In this document: piece by piece, positions 25,202 through 37,931 of the stretch
Layout: the number at the start of each line of letters is the position of its first letter
Position numbering within the stretch: position 1 is the first letter of the stretch
From: Octopus sinensis
Taxonomy: Eukaryota
Length of the DNA: 64,000 bases
Direction: 5' to 3'
Assembly: GCF_006345805.1 (NCBI RefSeq)
Contig: NC_043004.1
Location: 96,038,001 to 96,102,000 of the forward strand
Made by a program: the position numbers and the translations under genes
Notes under the pieces: model-generated
Seen by the model: the letters and a program-made list of their open reading frames with translations, nothing else
Databases searched by the model: none
Told to the model about the DNA's origin: nothing

Positions 25202-25711
25202 TATAAGTGACAAAGTAGAATATGTAACACAACATAAATCATACACTACTCTTACAGATCTCACACTTAAATTCTTTCCAGTTAAACTTACCTCTTCCAT
25301 ACTCTGTCATTCAAGAACACTCATATAACTTGCTCAATACAAGTTCATTTTATTTCTTTCCTATTTCACATACTCTGCATGAAACCCAAGTTTCATACAA
25401 ATTGTGATATTAGGCATTGTATACAAGTTCACATAATTTGCTCTTCACCTGAGGGAAAGAATGTTGACAACAACAGAAATAGGTCCTTGAGCTCTTTCTA
25501 CCTTGTCCTTAATCTGGCTATTTTGCTTTGACAGGACCCACCCCAATTGCCAACCATACAATCTTGTTATTAACAAACATACAGAAATACTAAAAACAAT
25601 ATGTATTTTTCTCTTCTTTTTCTCTCTCTTCCATTCCTTCTATGTAAGTATGTATGTATTTGCATGTGCACGTGTGTGTGTGCAAGCGTGTATATTATAT
25701 ATATATATATA

Positions 25712-26123
25712 TCTTTTACTCTCTTTTACTCTTTTACTTGTTTCAGTCATTTGACTGTGGCCATGCTGGAGCACCGCCTTTAGTCGAGCAAATCGACCCC
25801 AGGACTTATTCTTTGTAAGCCCAGTACTTATTCTATCGGTCTCTTTTGCCGAACCGCTAAGTAACGGGGACATAAATACACCAGCATCGGTTGTCAAGCA
25901 ATGCTAGGGGGACAAACACAGACACACAAACATATACACACATATATATGTATACATATATACGACGGGCTTCATTCAGTTTCCGTCTACCAAATCCACT
26001 CACAAGGCTTTGGTTGGCCCGAGGCTATAGCAGAAGACACTTGCCCAAGATGCCACACAGTAGGACTGAACCCGGAACCATTTGGTTGGTTAGTAAGCTA
26101 CTTACCACACAGCCACTCCTGTG

Positions 26124-26125
<2 letters not shown>
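25712..26125 (-). mobile_element. Family A composite SINE
   Basis: Full head, microsatellite and tail. Confidence 0.85.
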
Positions 26126-26167
<42 letters not shown>

Positions 26168-26173
<6 letters not shown>

Positions 26174-26588
26174 ATATTTACTTAAAATACAATAATGATA
26201 TTATGTGGGTATGCATACACATACATACACACACATGCTCATGCACACACACGCACATGTACACACACACACATAAATACATATATTACTTTTATTTTGA
26301 TGGTAGGTACACACATATAGCCAATCATATGTGTGTGTAAGTATATATATGTATTTGTGTGTGCATGTGTGTGTGTGTGTGTGTAAGTGTGTATATTATA
26401 TATATATATATACACATGTCATATTTACTTAAAATACAATAATGAAATTATGTGGGTATGCACACACATATACATACACATACAAGCACATACACACACA
26501 CACACACGTTCACACACACATAAATACATATATTACTTTTATTTTTATGGTAGGTACACATATATATCCAATCATATGTGTGTGTGAA
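26168..26588. repeat. Tandem duplication of a ~170-bp unit (26168-26340, 26416-26588)
   Basis: GTCATATTTACTTAAAATACAATAATGA...GGTAGGTACAC...CCAATCATATGTG occurs twice. Confidence 0.9.
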
Positions 26589-27129
26589 TGTATAACCTGA
26601 CAGGGACAGTCTCTATGCAGTACTTAAAGCCCCCACCTCTAATTAGCACAGAACTCTGACAACGTTACACAGTATACCTTGGGACATGATGCCATTTAAT
26701 ATTTCTGTGCTTTGCACCAATTTAAAAGTGAGAAGCAGCAGGCAAACTGTCTGCTTCTCCCTACAGTTCTGTATTTGCTTCACAAACTTCATTGTAGGTT
26801 TGATATATCTCAAATATCATTAAAAACACAAGTGAGTGGTTGATTATTTGTTGGTGTCACTTAAAATGCTTGCGTGGACAAGATGAGATGGTTTCAAGGA
26901 AACAAAATGTTTTGCAAAGGAAATGAACTTGAACGAAATTCTTTTAATTGGTCATAACGTATTGCTATCAGCAAAATATGAAGATTTTGTGTTTATTAGA
27001 TAGATATATTTAATGATGGATGATGATTTGGAGGAATTGGGGGTGATCAATAAATTGAAAGACTTGTGGTATTTATAAACATCTTTCTTTAAGTTCTGAG
27101 TTCAAATGCTGCTAGAATAAATTTTATCA

Positions 27130-27475
27130 TCCTCCTATGATCAATCAAACCAGTGAAACATCATTGCTCACCGTTTGTTGTCAAATTATGATGGACCTTC
27201 TCATCAAAGGTGATGTGTAAGCATTCAGCCTTTTGTTGAATGACCTGCACAAATGACTTGCTTATAGTGATCAAATGAATGTGCTAACTCCCTCCATCAA
27301 ATTGCTGTTACCCAAAAAAGGTGCACAATGTGCCACACATCAGGTGTTGAAGTGATCGCAAAGCAAACTGAGATGAAGTGTTTTGCTCAAGAACACAATG
27401 CACCATCTAGTCTAGTATTTGGAACTACAATCTTGCGATCATAAGTGTAACACCCTAACCACTAGGCCATGTGTC
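27130..27475 (-). mobile_element. Decayed tRNA-derived SINE
   Basis: Reverse-complemented A/B-box-like head near 27420-27475 and TTGAGCAAAACAC core-like segment. Confidence 0.55.
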
Positions 27476-27574
27476 TTCACACCAAATTATAGTGGTTGTT
27501 TACTCATGACAACCATCTTGCCTGCTCTTTAGCATAACATTTTCAGTCTAACATTGTTCAATGATTCCTTCTTT

Positions 27575-27838
27575 CAAGGCAGTAGTGCCTCTCTCTATCC
27601 GCTCAGTCGAAGTCGACTCTCGGTCACTTGTTGGATCAGTGTCCTCCAGTCGGTTCTATCCCGGGCCGCTTCCTTCAGACTGGCCAGGTCCATTCCGGTA
27701 TCACTCCTGATGGTGTCAAGCCAGCGGATTCTTGGTCGGCCTCTTCCTCTCTTGCCACTGACCATTCCGAGCATGATGTCCTTCTCCAGGGATTCTCTCC
27801 GCATAATATGACCGAAATATGCCAATCTACGCTTGGTG
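27575..27838 (-). mobile_element. RTE-clade (BovB-like) LINE 3' fragment
   Basis: KRRLAYFGHIMRRESLEKDIMLGMVSGKRGRGRPRIRWLDTI...DRTDWRTLIQQVTESRLRLSG*. Confidence 0.9.
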
Positions 27839-27849
27839 GAATAAGTATA

Positions 27850-28790
27850 TCTAGCTTAAATCTCTCACATTCTTTGTTGATTCTCCCTGTGTAAGTAGTG
27901 AAGTCTTCATCTTCACTCTTTTCTATGTTTAAATATTTCTTTCTAGTATTAAACAGTGAGATCTCTTCACTAATCATTTTGCACAAAATGTCAACTATGT
28001 TGGTGAAATTTATGTCAGATGCTTTTTTTGGCAATATGAAGTTACTAGACTTCTCATGCTCTGCTGTTGCTAGTTTTCTTACAAGTAGATGCGTTTTCAT
28101 TTTGTCCGTCCAATACTCTTTACTCTTTTACTTGTTTCAGTCATTTGACTTCAGCCATGCTGGATCATTGCCTTTAGTAGCACAAATCGACCCCAGGATT
28201 TATTCTTTGTAAGCCTAGTACTTATTCTATCAGTTTCTTTTGCTGAACTGCTAAGTTACAAGGATATAAACATACCACCATCGGTTGTCAAGCAATCTTC
28301 GGGGAACAAACACAGATGCACAAACATATACACACACATACATATATATATACACATATATGCGACGGGCTTCTTTCAGTTTCCGTCTACCAAATCCACT
28401 GACAACGCTTTGGTCAGCCCAAGGATATAGTATAAGACACTTGCTCAAAGTGCCACACAGTGGGAATGAACCCGAAACCATGCGGTTGCTAAGCAAGCTA
28501 CTTACCACACAGCCACTCCTGACATTCTTTTCCAAAAATTTATTGAAATCTTCGAAAGTAAGCCTTGAAAGTTATTCTTTCTTTGGGGTCATATTTGAAA
28601 TCATTTATGGAATTTACTACTTGGTCAGGCGAAAATGTATTCTCCGGTTTGGTTATCAACTTCATCAGTTGTGACATTTGCTGCTGCAATCATTGTTGGT
28701 GTTCTTGTTGCTTTTTGGGTTGTTGTGATTACTGTTTTTGCAACTCAACTAGCTCAGCTAACAAGTCTTCCATATTTTACGATTTTCGTA
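27850..28790 (-). pseudogene. Gypsy gag remnant, split by a family A SINE at 28114-28521
   Basis: 28790-28530: MEDLLAELVELQ...TFSPDQVVNSINDFKYDPKERITFKAYFRRF; 28110-27850: KTHLLVRKLATAEHEK...FTTYTGRINKECERFKL. Confidence 0.8.
28114..28521 (-). mobile_element. Family A composite SINE inserted in Gypsy gag
   Basis: Full head, microsatellite and tail. Confidence 0.85.
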
Positions 28791-28913
28791 AGTTTGCAAT
28801 TTTATTTCCTTTTTTGTCGAGGTATTTAATTTTCCACATGAATTAATTCAAACTCCCCACGAGAATGTTTTTCTTTGTCACTCCATGTAAATTTGTTTTT
28901 CCTCCCTCGCCAC

Positions 28914-29358
28914 TGTTGTAAAGTGGTCTTTTGCCACTGTTGTATCTGTCCTTTGACGATGGTTGTCACTCTGGCAGATACTGTTATATTCTGAAGTCAT
29001 AGATAGAATGGTTCTATCTGACAAAGTACGACCCCCCCCACCTCAGTCGCACAGTGTTATTATCCTCAGAAGGCTGGATCATTATAACACCCACTAAGTA
29101 TCACAGAATAATTACTATATCAGCACAGACATGACTACCAGCACAGTCTACACGTACTTTCGACCTCCTTGACCTACCTGACCTTCTTGACCTTCTTCTG
29201 TGGACTGGCTACTGGTTTATTTATAATGGCTGGCTACTACCACTTTTTACCGGGAGGGGGGTACAGTCTGCTCCTTTCACAGGTTCCCTCCTCAGTTAGA
29301 GCTTGGTATTTCTTTATGCAACAATGGTATTGGCTCATTCTTTTGTGCATGGGTATCA
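28914..29358 (-). mobile_element. Putative 5' LTR of the Gypsy relic
   Basis: TG...CA bounds; minus-strand TATAAATAAA; followed on the minus strand by GTGGCGAG (PBS-like) and then gag. Confidence 0.55.
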
Positions 29359-29361
29359 TTC

Positions 29362-29710
29362 TACTCTCTCTGTACTCTTTTACTCTTTTACTTGTTTGAG
29401 TCATTTTGACTGCCGCCATGCTAGAGCACCGCCTTTAGTCGAGCAAATCGACACCGGGACTTATTCTTTGTAAGCCCAGTACTTATTCTATCTTTTGCCG
29501 AACCGCTAAGTGACGGGGACGTAAACACACCAGCATCGGTTGTCAAGCAATGCTAGAGGGACCAAATCCGTCTACCAAATCCACTCACAAGGCTTTGGTT
29601 GGCCCGAGGCTATAGCAGAAGACACTTGCCCAAGATGCCACGCAGTGGGACTGAACCTGGAACCATGTAATTGGTAAACAAGCTACTTACCACACAGCCA
29701 CTCCTGCGCC
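29362..29710 (-). mobile_element. Family A SINE with the internal microsatellite deleted
   Basis: Tail GCAATGCTAGAGGGAC joins directly to head CCGTCTACCAAATCCAC near 29560. Confidence 0.85.
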
Positions 29711-32041
29711 TGATCAATTTCTTTAGAATATTGTCTCAATATTTTACATTTTTGTGATTTGGAGGGTCTTTAGGACTATCACTTTTATTGGTTAGTCTCC
29801 AATGTTGTTTTGTTTTGTTCAGTTGTTTTCTTGTTTGGAACATTAAATATGCTTGTCGTTCAGTTCGTTAGCTTGTTATTTGTAATATTTTTTTGTTTAT
29901 CATCTTCACTGTATTGTTTCATTATCTTGAATTTTCCTGAATATCAAGTTCATCATTAACATCTATGAAATGCTAAATTTATTGATTGACACTATTATGT
30001 CCTTGCACAATAATATCAGCATCTACATCTGTAGTCTTTCAGGCAACAGTAATGAATTTGTGGTGTAGTTAGCCATAATTTAAAGAGACTCACTTGCACT
30101 TTACCCCTTTATGACTGCTATACTTTGTGTAATGTAAATAACATTTCTATATCAAGAAGGTGGATACGCCATGAGAAGAAAGTATTCCCTGCTGTGAATA
30201 TTTTCTGCATTAGATGTCACTACTGAGGCTACAATTTTAACTGATAGCTCTTCGACTCTAAGAAAGCTGAAACTAGATCAGCAAAAGTGGTTCAAATAGT
30301 GGCTGCTATTGTTTGGTACCAGATAATTTCTGTGTGGGCGAGCCTGTTATCATAATCATTCTATCCATGGCCAGCTTTTTTTTTTTTTTTGTATATCAAG
30401 GACTATATTATTCAAAGTGACTTTGAGATGCAATTTCAGTGATGTTTGGCTTCTATCTCCAGCTTGTTGAGTAATCAGACAGAGACTCCTCCTTCAACTT
30501 AAGTGGCATTTGTTGGAGATCTGAACTCTACAACTATATATGTACAATCTCTGGAACTCACTCAAATTATTCCTGTTGTCACAGATATTTGCTATTTTGA
30601 ATGTGACACCCCAAGTAGTAGACATACTTTTAGACAATATTCCAGTTAGAATGAGTTGTTGTAAACAATTTCTTTTTAATATTTGAAATGTGTTTCAGTC
30701 AGTAACTGAATTAAAATTCCACACTTGAAAACTTGCACCAAAACTTTTCTGCTCTATAGACAATAATAAAGACACTGTAAAAAGTAAGTGATAGACATTG
30801 TTCTGTTTTATTATTTACACTTGCACCTGATTTGCCATGAAAATTAAATTATAAAATGTTAATTGCAAAGTGCACATTTTCTATGTAGATAGTGATGTTT
30901 TCTAAAAAGAAGTAAACAATTCAGCGGTGGTGCCCCAGCATGGCCACGGCCTTCGGGCTAAAACATTTTTAAGGATTTAATTCTGATAGGAAATACTTTG
31001 AAAAGAATAAGCAACCTCATTTTTGAATCATGGAAATAAAGTTATAGAGCCTTATTGTATTGAAAGAGCAGGATCTTGAGGTAGAACAACTGTTGACCAG
31101 TGGCAAACTGGGTCTAAAAATATTGGTTGCCAGGACACTAAGGGGAGCCTACCTGCAACTACAATGCTATCATTTAATTTTTGTTTTGTTAAAAGTATTC
31201 TTTTCAACTGTCTACAAACACAGCCAGGCTGAAATAATTAATTCATTCTTCCAGGAGTGTATGGATTCTAATGACACTAAGTTCCACCTACCATCAGGCA
31301 AGCTGGCAACCTGACCAGTCAACTGCTGTTGACATGAACATAGATGAGGACTATGATGAAAGCGGAGTGACCAGAGTTGAGTGCACAGCATCCCCTGGGT
31401 CATGGTCTATTTCTTATGAAAATGGAAAATGTTGAAGAAGGGTATGTTACAAACTCAATTTTCTATGATTCCAGTTCACCTAACTAACTATAACAGCCTT
31501 TATCATGAATAATTTTACCACCACTGATTCCCATGTCGTATTTGTTCTGCCTTTATGATGGGCATCATCCACTGACAACTCAGCAATTTGTCAAAAGCCT
31601 ATTTGCAAGATTGCAAGCATGGCTGCATGGTTGAAACATTTGCATTGCAGCCTTGTAGTTTTAGTTTCAAGCCTCACGGAGTAGCATCATGGAAAACCAT
31701 ATTCTAATATATCCTTGGGTTGGCCAAAACCTTAAGAGCACTTTGTCAGACAAAAATTGAAAAAAGACAATCTGTGTGTGTGTGTTTGTGTGTTAGTGTG
31801 AGTGTATGTGTTTGTGCTTCTTCTTGACATTACAGGACTGTTGTAAATAAGCATTGCCAACATACAAGCTATGCCATTTGTTTTCAGTCTTACACTAAAA
31901 AGTACCTGGCTATTTTGGTTGGTGACAGGCAAGGCATGCAGTTACAAAAAAGAGAAAATATGGGTGAATGATTTCAGCTTCACCCATGCAAACATTAAAA
32001 GTGGACAAGAAAACAATGATAATGGTGGTATACGTACACAA

Positions 32042-32272
32042 GGCGGTGAGCTGGCAGAAACGTTAGCACACTGGGCGAAATGCGTAGACGTATTTCGTCT
32101 GCCGCTACGTTCTGAGTTCAAATTCCGCCGAGGTCGACTTTGCCTTTCATCCTTTCGGGGTCGATTAAATAAGTACCACTTATGCACTGGGATCGATATA
32201 ATCGACTTAACCCGTTTATCTGTCCTTGTTTGTCCCCTCTGTGTTTAGCCCCTTGTGGGTAGTAAAGAAATA
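32042..32272 (+). mobile_element. Family C tRNA-derived SINE, full length, with 16-bp TSD
   Basis: A box TGGCAGAAACG, B box GAGTTCAAATTCC, central GGTCGACTTTGCCTTTCATCC; GGTATACGTACACAAG at 32027-32042 and 32273-32288. Confidence 0.9.
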
Positions 32273-32473
32273 GGTATACGTACACAAGTTTATGTATGTG
32301 CAAGCATGTATGACTGTATATTTATTAATGTTTGTCCTTTTTCCAAAAACCATTGAGCAAGAAGCAGTGATGTTGCTGTCATTTCTTTATCAAAACATCA
32401 TCCGCAGGTTTTGTAGCTTTGAAAACAAGTAAAATAAGAGAATCCTTACTTAGAAACCAGTTAGGGGTAAGAA

Positions 32474-32866
32474 GGAGGCGCAATGGCCCAGTGGTTAGGG
32501 CAGCGGACTTGCGGTCATAGGATCGCGCTTTTGATTCCCAGACCGGGCGTTGTGAGTGTTTATTGAGCGAAAACACCTAAAAGCTCCACGAGATTCCGGC
32601 AGGGGATGGTGGTGATCCCTGCTGTACTCTTTCAGCACAACTTTCTCTCACTCTTACTTCCTGTTTCTGTTGTACCTGTATTTCAAGGGGCCGGCCTTGT
32701 CACTCTCTGTGTCACGCTGAATATCCCCGAGAACTACGTTAAGCGTGCATGTGTCTGTGGAGTGCTCAGCCACTTACACGTTAATTTCACGAGCAGGCTG
32801 TTCCGTTGATTCGGATCAACCGGAACCCTCATCTTCGTTACCGACGGAGTGCTTCCATTCCATTCC
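32474..32866 (+). mobile_element. Family D tRNA(Arg)-like SINE, long-tail variant
   Basis: GGAGGCGCAATGGCCCAGTGGTTAGGGCAGCGGAC head, B box TTCGATTCCC-like; resembles the octopus OR-type SINEs from memory. Confidence 0.8.
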
Positions 32867-33459
32867 AGGAGTAAGAAACATAAAGAAAATCTAACAATAA
32901 AACAATACCTTGTGTAACCCAAGCTACAATGAGAAATAACACATTCATAGGAAAATGCTCCCTTTTGCAATTTTTCATCATACATTCACCTTTTATTCAC
33001 AAATCAGTTCATATGTTTATAATTGAGAACTAAATCGAATTTTCTTCTTTTTTTTATGTCTAAATCTGAGTTACATCTATGTAAACAATATTTTTTCTAT
33101 TCTGCTAGCTACTTGTAGACATAGTTACATCTATTTCTTTGCACCCATGTCTTATTGTAGTAGAACTGTGTCTACAGATAAACATAGAGTACATACGTCT
33201 ATATCTTATTACTTGTGTATGTAATTATTAGTATGTACATATATGTGCTTGTGTGTATGTGTGTGTGTGCACATGTGTGAGTATCTGTGTATGTGTGCAT
33301 GTGAGGGTGAATATGTTTGTTTGAATAGGTCTGCTGTTCCATATATTTCAATAATGTCTGGGAATGTATATATACACACATATATAATTAAATGTCTGGT
33401 ATGTATGACTGTATGTATGTATGTATATATGTATGTATATGTGTATGTATCTTTCTCTT

Positions 33460-33513
<54 letters not shown>

Positions 33514-33918
33514 TATACACCACAGACACTTAAATATATGTGTATGTTTGTGTGTGTGTATGTATGTAGAGAGAGGGAGAGAGAGAGACACACACAAATA
33601 AGGGTGTATGCACATTCAGACATAACAGAAGTGCATACAGCCCCAAACCTATTTAAACACACACACACACGCACACACTTTTGTGAGTGTGTGTTTGTAT
33701 ATTTGTGAATATATGTACATTTGAATATGTATATAGGTATTTATATATATATATATGGGTGTGTTTGTATATATATATTTATACATATACACACACACAC
33801 ACATATATATACACACATATACACACGCATATATATGTATATATACACATACACATATATATATACATACATACATGCATATATGTATATATATATATAC
33901 ATATACATATACACACAC

Positions 33919-33920
<2 letters not shown>

Positions 33921-33949
<29 letters not shown>

Positions 33950-34008
33950 TGTATGTATGTATGTATGTATGTATGTATGTATGTATGTATGCATGTATGT
34001 ATGTATGT
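33921..34008. repeat. (GTAT)n tetranucleotide microsatellite within a larger TA/CA tract
   Basis: Direct reading. Confidence 0.95.
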
Positions 34009-34974
34009 ACATAAATATATATATGACTGCTTATATATTATAAACATAAATATATGAGTATGTGTGTGTGTGTTTGTGTGTGTATGTACATAAATATATA
34101 TATATTTGCGTGTGTGTATGTGTAAGTAAATCTGCACACATACATAGATACACTCACAAAGACCAACCTCACTCTGTACATATGTACTTTATCTCTATTC
34201 AATGGTAGTCATTAGCAGCCATGGATAGGTGCAGAGAGGTAAATATCTGCAAAGACATAAAACATCAAACAGGCAATATTTATACACACGTGTGTTTAAT
34301 ACAGCTAAGCTCTGTTTTTATTTGTTTGCATGCACATAAATAGACACACACACACGTACACACACGCATGTGCACACATACATATATCTTTGCCTGCATA
34401 AAAATATATACAGTGGCGTATATATATATATATATATATATATATTCACTAACACATATAAGCATATGTGAATGAATGTCTGTGAATGTGTAAATTTAAA
34501 GATATACAAACATACATACATACACACATACATACATGACTACATTCATACATGAATACATACATATACATATTTTATTGGAAGTTGCATCTTCCTAAAT
34601 CATTACATTGTATTTCACATTGTCGATTTTTGGACAATTGTTATTCTACATGATTACCAGCAAAAAAACTCAGAGTAACAATTTGAAAAGTTGTAAATAA
34701 TATCTATGTCATATCGATAAATAATATCTCTGAACTTCGAGTATAGAATACTCTCTTTCTTCTTCTTCTTTGCACTTGTGTGTCTACATGTCTCTCTCTT
34801 TCTCCCATTGTTTTTTCTCTCTCTTTGTTTCCTCTCTAAATCTCTCTTTGTTTCCTCTCTAAATCTCTCTTTGTTTTCTCTCTCCATCTCCCCTCTTTCT
34901 GCCTCTCTCTCTCATCCTCTCTATCTCTGCTTCACTCTCTCTCTCTCTTTCTATATATATGTATAAATAAAAAA

Positions 34975-35317
34975 TCAAATGGAAATTGTAGTTGTCCTAC
35001 CTGTGCCGGTAGCACATAAAAAGCACCATCTGTACTTGGCCGATGCCAGCGCTGCCTTGACTGGCTTCCGTCCCGGTGGCACGTAGAAAGCACCAACTGA
35101 TCGTGGCCGTTGCCAGCCACACCTGGCACCTGTGCAGGTGGCACATAAAATGCACCCACTACGCACTCGGAGTGGTTGGCGTTAGGAAGGGCATCCAGCT
35201 ATAGAAACACTGCCTGATCAGACTGGAGCCTGGTGCAGCCTCTTGGCTTTCCAGACCCCAGTCGAACCGTCCAACCCATGCTAGCATGGAAAACGGACGT
35301 TAAACGATGATGATGAT
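34975..35317 (+). mobile_element. Family B: RTE-LINE 3' UTR fragment with three tandem units
   Basis: Same motifs as other B copies, (GAT)n tail. Confidence 0.8.
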
Positions 35318-35349
35318 ATGTATGTATATATACACACACATATATACAT

Positions 35350-35560
35350 CTTTTTTGTGCTACTTGTTTCAGTTATTTGACTGCGTCCATGCTGGAGCAC
35401 TGCCTTGAAGGCTTTTTTAGTCAAACAAAACAACCCTAGGACTTATTCTTCGTAAACCTCTTACTTATTCTATCAATATCTTTTGTCGAACTGCTAAGTA
35501 AATCACACCAACATCAGTTGTCAAGCGATGGTGGAGGGACAAACACAGACACACAAGCAT

Positions 35561-35591
<31 letters not shown>

Positions 35592-35755
35592 CGACAGGCT
35601 TCTTTCAGTTTCCACTTATAAATCCACTTACAAAGCTTTGATCGACTCAAGGCTATAGTAGAAGACACTTGCCCAAGGTTCCACACAGTGGGACTGGACC
35701 CGGAGCCATGTGGTTGGTAGGCAAGCTATTTACCATACAGCCACTCCTGCACCTG
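35350..35755 (-). mobile_element. Family A composite SINE
   Basis: Head, microsatellite and tail. Confidence 0.8.
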
Positions 35756-35769
35756 TATATCTATACATA

Positions 35770-36056
35770 TCTCTGTATGAGCCAGATGATCAGGCATTGT
35801 TATACATCACTGGTCACAATGTGATTCTTTGCATTGTTTTGCATTTTGAACGATGTCATCCCTGTGGCTAGGCAGGCAGGCCAACATTTTCCCTGAACAG
35901 AAGTCTAGTTTGTTACTCATTTACAGCCAAGCAGACTGAAGTAATATGAGATGAAATGTTTTGCTGAAGATCATAATGCACCACCGGACTAGGAATTGAA
36001 ACCACAATCTTGCAATCATGAATGCAACATCTAACTACTAAACCAAGCACCCTCAC
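35770..36056 (-). mobile_element. Decayed SINE sharing its tail with the 52350 family D copy
   Basis: CATCACTGGTCACAATGTG...GGCAGGCCAACA matches the tail of 52350-52654. Confidence 0.6.
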
Positions 36057-36127
36057 ATATGTATAGATGTATACACACACACACACGCACACATACATCC
36101 GTGTGTGTTTGTGTATGTGTATGTAAG

Positions 36128-36169
<42 letters not shown>

Positions 36170-36179
36170 CTTACATACA

Positions 36180-36385
36180 CAGGATGCCATGATAGAACGT
36201 TAGCTCCTACACGCATTTTTTTCTCTCCTTGTTTTTTTCTGTGTATCTTTCTGTCGAAGAGCGTAGGCTTGCAATGTAAAAGACTTTTTCTATTTCTTTT
36301 CCTGAGCACTATACTAATACATTTGTTTGTTTGTACTCCATCTACCTTCGACTTTTGTTTATTTTCGTAAACTTTCCCATTATAT
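36180..36385 (+). mobile_element. Penelope-like terminal-repeat fragment (third family) with a degenerate hammerhead
   Basis: CTTT-CTGTCGA-A-GAGC(GTAG)GCTT-GCAA-TGTA-AAAG at 36247-36282. Confidence 0.5.
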
Positions 36386-36670
36386 ATATATATATATATA
36401 TATATGCAAACTTTTGCATTTTGCATTAGTGCAGGCATGCAAGTAATGTATTTAGTATTAGATATAATGATATAATTCATTTACGTGTTTTAAAGCTATG
36501 AAACAATTTGTTGTGAAATTATAATTTTCTTATTGTTAATATAATTTCATCAAACTATTTCTCTGTCATTTGTAACTTCATATATGTATGTTTGTGTGTG
36601 TGTATATCTATCTACATATCTATATCTATATATGTATATATATACATTCATATATATACATATATATATG

Positions 36671-36692
<22 letters not shown>

Positions 36693-36703
<11 letters not shown>

Positions 36704-37054
36704 TTTACATAGATTTCATATAATTTTTTATATATCGACCGGTTTCGCTTTTGCTATTCATGATAATAAGGTTTAGTTATTTGAATATGTATTTTCTTCA
36801 GAAGAAATTTTTGTCCATCTTGTGTGTGATGATATTTACGAATAACTAACTTCACAAGTAGAAAAATCATGGGAGGTAATTGGTTATCGTTTCCTCTCTT
36901 TATTTTTCTACTTGTGAAGTCATTCATTCGTAAATATCATCACACACATAGACTAAAATTTCTTAAGAAGATACATATTCAAATAAGTAAACCTTAATAT
37001 CATGAATAACGAAAGTGAAACCGGTCGATATATTAAAAGTATGTAAAGTGTGTG
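36693..37054. mobile_element. Fold-back element / MITE with long inverted arms
   Basis: 36731-36867 is the reverse complement of 36902-37032 (about 85 percent); the match extends to CACACACTTTACATA / TATGTAAAGTGTG. Confidence 0.8.
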
Positions 37055-37128
37055 TATTTTCCTTTTTTAATTTCTTATATACATTACAACTCACCACGTG
37101 GGGATAATTGAAATTCCTTCTTTTCTGT

Positions 37129-37211
<83 letters not shown>

Positions 37212-37507
37212 ATGTATGTACGATTGCAGTTTATGGAAACAAAATCAGAAACTCAAAACATGTAGGAGACTGATGTATTATCACATGCAATCGGTATCTG
37301 TTATTGATAATACAGATGATGACTCAGGGTTTCATAATCTTTGCTGCTAAACAATCATCAGGTGAATATGGAAACCTCTCACTAGAACATGAGTGAAAAT
37401 AAATATGGAACACTAGGTAACTATATATTAGTACTGCTGCACCATAAAGATTATTTCTTTATTTGCAGATGTATCTTCAACTGTTCATGTTTTCATTTCA
37501 AATAAAT

Positions 37508-37725
37508 ATACTCTCTTTTATTCTTTTACTTATTTCAGTCATTTGACTGCGGCCATGCTGGAGCACCGCCTTTAGTCGAGAAAATCGACCCCGGGACTTA
37601 TTCTTTGTAAGCCCAGTACTTATTCTATCGGTCTCTTTTGCCGAACCGCTAAGTGACGGGGACGTAAACGCACCAGCATCGGTTGTCAAGCAATGCTAGG
37701 GGGACAAACACAGACACACAAACAT

Positions 37726-37770
<45 letters not shown>

Positions 37771-37931
37771 TACGACAGGCTTCTTTCAGTTTCCATCTAC
37801 CAAATCCACTCACAAGGCATTGGTCGGCCCGGGGCCATAGCAGAAGACACTTGCCCAAGGTGCCATGCAGTGGGACTGAACCCGGAACCATGTGGTTGGT
37901 TAGCAAGCTACTTACCACACAGCCACTCCTG
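37508..37931 (-). mobile_element. Family A composite SINE
   Basis: Near-consensus copy. Confidence 0.85.

Noticed and set aside
27675-28100. 141-aa ORF as a gene
   Set aside because: Chimera of Gypsy gag and an out-of-frame RTE fragment.
959-37350. Dozens of ORFs rich in YI/IY, CV/VC, HT/TH, LSIY or MYVC repeats
   Set aside because: They are translations of (TA)n, (TG)n, (CA)n, (TATC)n and (GTAT)n microsatellites, which lack stop codons; no coding signal.
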